Assembly: GCA_965263355.1 (NCBI GenBank)
Contig: CBDHHL010000002.1
Coordinates: 1-18,795, forward strand
Reading direction: 5' to 3'
Source of the DNA: Leptolyngbyaceae cyanobacterium
Lineage (GTDB): Bacteria; Cyanobacteriota; Cyanobacteriia; Phormidesmidales; Phormidesmidaceae
DNA: 18,795 nt
Part shown: piece after piece, positions 18,401 through 18,795 of the stretch
Numbering within the stretch: position 1 is the first letter of the stretch
Layout: every line of letters begins with the position of its first letter
Notes under the pieces: generated by a model
Told to the model about the DNA's origin: nothing
The model's database searches: none
The model's input: only the letters and a program-made list of their open reading frames with translations
Made by a program: the position numbers and the translations under genes

Positions 18401-18795
18401 GCAATGTATCATCATATGAACCAGTTCTGCCGTTCACTTCAATCCAACCACTAGTTGAATATGGATTTGAAATGATCAAATCAACGTAGAATTGGTCATC
18501 TCTTGGGTCTGTTGGTGTCCCATTGTCATCACACATTACATTGAATACAGTAACGATTGGTGTTCCAATAACATCGATTGTAATGATTGCATCATCGGAA
18601 CAACCGTCTTCATCTGTGTAACTGTAAGTAATCGTGTGATTACCAGGACCTGCAATGTTTGGATCAAATGTATTTCCAACTATACCAGGACCACTCAACA
18701 CCCCACCTTCAGGACTTACTGTCAAAGTGATAGGATCATCTTCTACACATAAAGCATCTTCCACATCAGAAAGAGTAACTTCTAAAGGCTGTATT
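3432..18795 (-). CDS. Giant T9SS-secreted SprB/PKD-repeat surface protein with type A C-terminal sorting domain (gene A; 5' end outside window, >5120 aa)
   Basis: The 5110-aa ORF track entry starts at an internal GTG (18764). The frame stays open upstream to the window edge (IQPLEVTLSDV...) and no signal peptide is seen, so the true start lies beyond 18795. It contains SprB, PKD-like, HYR-like, dockerin/cohesin-like and T9SS-A domains. Confidence 0.96.
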   Translation of the reverse strand, partial: IQPLEVTLSDVEDALCVEDDPITLTVSPEGGVLSGPGIVGNTFDPNIAGPGNHTITYSYTDEDGCSDDAIITIDVIGTPIVTVFNVMCDDNGTPTDPRDDQFYVDLIISNPYSTSGWIEVNGRTGSYDDTLPVTFGPYSYDDGAVTFEFEDQSANTCTTTLIVDPPILRCSDECAIDVDAEVIGAFTCIITEVTLQATSGIDGATFAWVGPNGFTSNLPNPVVSESGTYTVTATNPINLCTAEATVEVDPAPVPPIASFSAPEENVCEGEIVVFVRDGDEEGVTYTWDFGVGANPSSANGPGPHEVWYSADGSLSSVEVTLTAVRGDCISTRTRSFKVRPSSLEQIDDIVVVQPTCAGDDGAITILADDPVDATLEFSLDSLSWQTERTFSGLTAGSYKIYARYSGEECIEVADTEVVLVNPELPTASITASEDVLCNGASTGSATVTASGGSGTYDYLWSNGATTATISGLEAGTYDVTVTDENNCIATASVTINEPLAPLSATITAQEDVECFGEATGSATVTASGGTEPYSYSWSNGQTGNELTGVGSGVYTVTITDANLCSMTLDVTIGGPLSGVSIAILGRNDVSCFGESDGNVEVQGQGGTPPYDYSWNTGETTASLVGIAAGTYEVTVTDANDCIATETITIGGPASAPEVVVGPAAEICVGESVEITATASEGAGGYTYSWDNDASVTGASQTVSPLSTTTYTVIVTDADGCTVTGSVEITVKPLPIASFDAPEENICEGEILTFQRDGEEEGVIYTWDFGVGANPSSAIGAGPHDVMYSAEGGLSSVEVTLTAEKDGCISTRTRSFKVRPSSLEQIDDIVVVQPTCTGDDGAITILADDPVDATLEFSLDSLSWQTERTFSGLTAGSYKIYARYSGEECIEVADTEVVLVNPELPTASITASEDVLCNGASTGSATVTASGGSGTYDYLWSNGATTATISGLEAGTYDVTVTDENNCIATASVTINEPLAPLSATITAQEDVECFGEATGSATVTASGGTEPYSYNWSNGQTGNELTGVGSGVYTVTITDANLCSMTLDVTIGGPLSGVSIAILGRNDVSCFGESDGNVEVQGQGGTPPYDYSWNTGETTASLVGIAAGTYEVTVTDANDCIATETITIGGPASAPEVVVGPAAEICVGESVEITATASEGAGGYTYSWDNDASVTGASQTVSPLSTTTYTVIVTDADGCTVTGSVEITVKPLPIASFDAPEENICEGEILTFQRDGEEEGVIYTWDFGVGANPSSAIGAGPHDVMYSAEGGLSSVEVTLTAEKDGCISTRTRSFKVRPSSLEQIDDIVVVQPTCTGDDGAITILADDPVDATLEFSLDSLSWQTERTFSGLTAGSYKIYARYSGEECIEVADTEVVLVNPELPTASITASEDVLCNGASTGSATVTASGGSGTYDYLWSNGATTATISGLEAGTYDVTVTDENNCIATASVTINEPLAPLSATITAQEDVECFGEATGSATVTASGGTEPYSYNWSNGQTGNELTGVGSGVYTVTITDANLCSMTLDVTIGGPLSGVSIAILGRNDVSCFGESDGNVEVQGQGGTPPYDYSWNTGETTASLVGIAAGTYEVTVTDANDCIATETITIGGPASAPEVVVGPAAEICVGESVEITATASEGAGGYTYSWDNDASVTGASQTVSPLSTTTYTVIVTDADGCTVTGSVEITVKPLPIASFDAPEENICEGEILTFQRDGEEEGVIYTWDFGVGANPSSAIGAGPHDVMYSAEGGLSSVEVTLTAEKDGCISTRTRSFKVRPSSLEQIDDIVVVQPTCTGDDGAITILADDPVDATLEFSLDSLSWQTERTFSGLTAGSYKIYARYSGEECIEVADTEVVLVNPELPTASISVTQQVSCVDGADGIARVEVEGGQEPYTYLWSTGGEGAIAEGLSAGEYTMTVTDANNCTATAQVEITAPTEPITVNAGPDQSICPGEEVTISAQGANGVEPYVYVWDHELGEGAQHVVNPTENTTYSVTATDANGCTATSIVDVTIKPLPVAVFDVSDEVVCEGKEVTYSLPFAQDGATYEWNFGEGAIPSVGSGAGPHDVEYSTDEGASSVSVTLTATLDGCQSSFERFVKVRTKPTEQITDYSVIMPSCDGSDGSITLVAEDPSDSCIEFSIDGENWQTDRTFTGLPQGTYSIEARYCEGECVEIFDEVIELVEPEGPLAVITSFMGAGCEGNSMGSAEVSVNGGLPPYEYLWSNGETTSAIDELLSGVYTVTVTDANNCTATAQVTIAESSGLGIAFDVTNVSCNGYADGAIDLTISGGSPPYNFVWSNGSLNEDVNGLEAGNYTVAVIDANGCTGNTTITVTEPKLLEIGADIEAISCFGSTDGSVELNVFGGVAPYEYFWSNGATTKDQEGLAAGSYSVEVIDANGCSSTTTIEILAPLELAYLANVIDVTCMDANDGRIDLAPTGGTPPYNFIWSNGSTSEDIIGLEDGQYSVTITDDKECVTTANFVVNEPALLTLSVSKDNVSCFGGNDGNISLTVNGGTQPYTFEWSSGQISRNINSLTAGSYSVEVTDARGCVATQTIEITEPEQLVVTENITNISCFGEADGSIDIEITGGTAPYEYLWSTGAITQDINGLTTNDYTVTVTDAQNCITTVTFEIVEPQLLTCESIVPTNVSGAGLQDGSIDLTVQGGTLPYTFEWSNGATTEDINGLSGDTYTVTVTDANDCTTTCQATVNEPTALSCNVLESHIDCAGASNGIITANGIGGSGVFEYSLDGSNYSANNVFENLPKGIYTVYVRDANSPTVISTCQATIMEPEAMYFWAVDEFPTTCADEEDGSIEIVVSGGTPPYDYLWEDGRTFRNRSELAVGNHSVTVTDANGCELVGIFTITAPDPINISLTGFDATCFGEQDGRIDVNVTGGNPPYEISAFNWTTEFTTQDLDNLSASLYTVFVRDANDCIVTESITINDSDQIVPEWSTVDVSCKGGNDGRIELSISGGSGDYTVSTFSALNGELIGDINALPAGAYNVLITDSNNCIESFTATINEPEEFLVSADYKNMTCNEQQDGYINLIVRGGIPPYSYNWSNGANTRDLSNLTSGTYQVEILDAMGCAQNMSVTIEEPDPIILDVDHNDVSCNAAADGNINITVNDGVRPYTYEWSNGATSQDLSNIGPGLYSVTVTDGNGCFEVSSVTITEPTAVTINVDAQDISCYGLGDGRVQLTVTGGSGQYNYRWSNAASSRDLANLTAGDYEVTVTDSKGCFAIAVATISEPEQLTCESIIPQDATEEGANDGSIDLTVIGGTGGYVYQWSNGAITQDLNNVQAGNYSVTITDSNGCTTTCSATINEPTGIDCAITKTDVSCRNADDGIATILASGGSGQFEYSFDGITYSNVNTFTNLSAGIYTLFVRDLTDPSITSNCQVTINEPASLRVSLLKSDISCPGENDGFFDISVSGGTSPYQYAWSNGATTQDISGLTPGSYSLTVTDDNGCLASIISGIIEPAPIELSFDIFDVSCADEFDGNINLSVSGGKAPYLYRWSNNQTSQDLIGLSAGVYTVEVIDANGCRAIESMTVAEPPAIEVGYQVTDVECFGDNSGAINLTISGGVAPYEYEWSNGARSQDLSNIRAGQYQVDIIDANSCVESLIIEVNEPTEIDLSISKQDIACNTNGFGSINLSIRGGTRPYSVLWSNGSTTEDLNNLLPGSYTAQVTDANGCENSISVNIEEPEPLVAEVIRKWCNDENTPSDADDDVYYVEVVVRRGNLPGTWQASDGKTGTYNQPVEFGPYLIRDGDFRMTFSDSENATCRMILEETPPLTCSNKCDIEVEITGNRVCDDNGTPYNPKDDLFTFSVVVTGTNISSGWVTDRGLEGEYNVETEFGPFLITDEEITIYFQDKDAGKCIVPLTLEPQAPCSELCNIRAIPTDISCSDGGTPTDPSDDTYTATIIVTGPSTSWQASNGSTGQYGVPVTFGPFPISSGPLDLTFTDELFGECSTDISVTPSSDCQAQLCNLDVTVENVQRLENGTPNNPSDDFFTFNLMVVGANVGDRWSVTLDQIVYTGNYGQSTMIGPLAVNNRTQLESIVSDMTTNICAGNFTVEIPDASGNTDCDMTVDVFNIQIDNKGTISDPSDDTFTFSLMVSGDPTKTGWMTTIDGNEIRVAYNESITVGPLLVEDGVLRLVVEDQNNQLCREVITIAPPTDYFEGDGIQALISNKICDDNGTPNNPTDDQYTFDVKVIGQDPNNKWMANDPSRTEGYYEEVVTFGPYLISEGSVEFFIFDDEIFVDDLNDGDTMNGNREQAYTRVVVDPPTDCIESCQLIATIDRAICEHNNTLRNPADDEYYLDILVENPSASGFVWTTFINGNTYTGNYGEVTQIGPFPVTGAGLDFEIVDGTDNNCYQFLSIEVPTRDPIDGDLYVTCAEVEEYCSDLFEDKLTVPNDPYLCTATFDVPVPIIYNECSGGISILTEIIDEQNVLVATITSLANRIVSDLEVGDYKIRYTVSNGCGTEVIQECLFEVVDEEKPVAIAVGALNIDLDGTNELSLTAEDVNSGSFDNCGIDKIEIRRNYYYSDKNCGLIERPYYSPWSNSVEFSCCDLGKTILVELRVTDVNGNVNITWIDVIVEDTNVEMVCTDLEDINTTCSQLPDNFDATDGNQLRTLFGTMLLNSDNCTSSAIELDPVVDLIDCCAGTIQRRFIIMNNLGTEFRDTCYQTITIVNDESVNGPVRGSVATYYDIPVENVQVTISGPDFAQGITNDNGAYEAGVAIDEGQNYVAAALLDSDHRNGVDTRDLIKLSLYVTNNGELNSPYLLIAADVDNSGVIDNDDVAELDRVVKADDVNVRFNSNTSWRFVAQEYQFPDEENPWFEPFQETVNLEVNCDGSSNGNFVGVKIGDLDSTAINNTMFGGADIRNDIGDFYLNVDDIELQVGQTDTIEVRAESIQAIAGYQFALSFDRDLVDYDTLLPGISKSEHFSYRHLDRGLLTTSWYDISNKTRYLDPSKDHVMFKLVVTGKRNVKLSDVLNITPRLVDPQAYEIATLNYMNLGLRFVEVENQVVQGRFELYQNKPNPFVSETVIGFKLPEADEVKFSLHDLSGRLIKSFTGQFDSGYNEIVLKASELPKGLLFYTLETDEYRYTKKMIVGQKN
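3435..3692 (-). other. T9SS type A C-terminal sorting domain (Por secretion tail)
   Basis: FELYQNKPNPF...V.FSLHDLSGRLI...G.N...L..SELPKGLLFYTL...TKKMIV carries the canonical PNP, D..G and terminal KKxIV motifs. Confidence 0.92.
3726..4122 (-). other. Cohesin-like beta-sandwich domain
   Basis: FYLNVDDIELQVGQTDTIEVRAESIQAIAGYQFALSFDRDLVDY...GLLTTSW...MFKLVVTG fits the cohesin-like pattern G..V.V......I.G.QF.L.FD...L. Confidence 0.6.
4185..4700 (-). other. Dockerin type I-like module embedded in a carboxypeptidase-regulatory/CnaB-like beta domain
   Basis: VRGSV......VENVQVTISG......TNDNGAY, then the EF-hand-like pair NGVDTRDLIKL and AADVDNSGVIDNDDVAEL, then FVGVKIGDLD. Confidence 0.65.
4715..5620 (-). 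other. HYR-like Ig modules
   Basis: Motifs include DLEVGDYKIRYTVSNGCG...C.FEVVDEEKP, SGSFDNCG...FSCCDLG...VELRVTDVNGN, and SDNC....GTIQRRF...CYQTITIV. Confidence 0.65.
5650..7680 (-). repeat. Seven tandem ~95-aa acidic modules with a (C)DDNGTPxxPxDD motif
   Basis: CNDENTPSDADDD, CDDNGTPYNPKDD, CSDGGTPTDPSDD, LENGTPNNPSDD, IDNKGTISDPSDD, CDDNGTPNNPTDD and CEHNNTLRNPADD, each followed by W...(G).Y.....GP[YFL]. Confidence 0.85.
7690..12240 (-). repeat. About 20 divergent tandem SprB-type repeats (~76 aa each)
   Basis: Recurrent VSC.G..DG.I.L.V.GG..PY.Y.WSNG.T..D...L..G.Y.V.VTDANGC...I.EP, counted by eye from the translation. Confidence 0.9.
13198..17814. repeat. Near-identical intragenic tandem repeat, 1437-bp unit, ~3.2 copies
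   Basis: cttgcagttggcaactctgg recurs at 13201, 14638, 16075 and 17512. The antisense ORFs also recur at a 1437 offset (13484/14921/16358). About ten variable sites were found. Each unit is one EFSLD module, 3 SprB repeats, an Ig-like module and a PKD-like module. Confidence 0.97.
18280..18555 (-). repeat. Isolated eighth copy of the DNGTP acidic module
   Basis: CDDNGTPTDPRDDQFYVDLIISNP...W...GSY...FGPY has the same pattern as the seven copies at 5650-7680. Confidence 0.8.

Noticed and set aside
18762..18764. GTG start assigned by the ORF track
   Set aside because: The frame is open to the window edge and the sequence there is mid-domain with no signal peptide, so this is an internal Val codon.
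3432..18795. Assigning the gene symbol sprB
   Set aside because: SprB-type repeats are widespread, the CTD is type A, and no sprC/sprD/sprF context is visible.

Overview
AT-rich Bacteroidota DNA, probably Saprospiraceae-like judging from the HYR/dockerin/cohesin/T9SS-A C-terminal architecture. It holds two co-oriented minus-strand genes for very large, acidic, Cys-rich SprB-repeat surface proteins, both truncated by the window edges. Gene A (3432..>18795, >5120 aa) contains a near-perfect 1437-bp (479-aa) tandem array of ~3.2 copies, ~30 SprB-type repeats, 8 'DNGTPxDPxDD' acidic modules, HYR-like modules, a dockerin-like and a cohesin-like domain, and a type A T9SS C-terminal domain. It is followed by a strong intrinsic terminator and a Bacteroidetes sigma-70-type promoter. 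Gene B (<1..3011, >1003 aa) is missing from the supplied ORF track because its stop codon lies outside the window. It has a signal peptide and an SprB stalk rich in O-glycosylation sequons. Its N-terminal region carries the ordered motifs of a Cys-Gln thioester domain (YC...VNDAIW...FQDFV), the covalent 'chemical harpoon' adhesin fold characterised in Gram-positive surface proteins. This candidate thioester domain on a Gram-negative SprB-like filament is the most interesting signal in the window.
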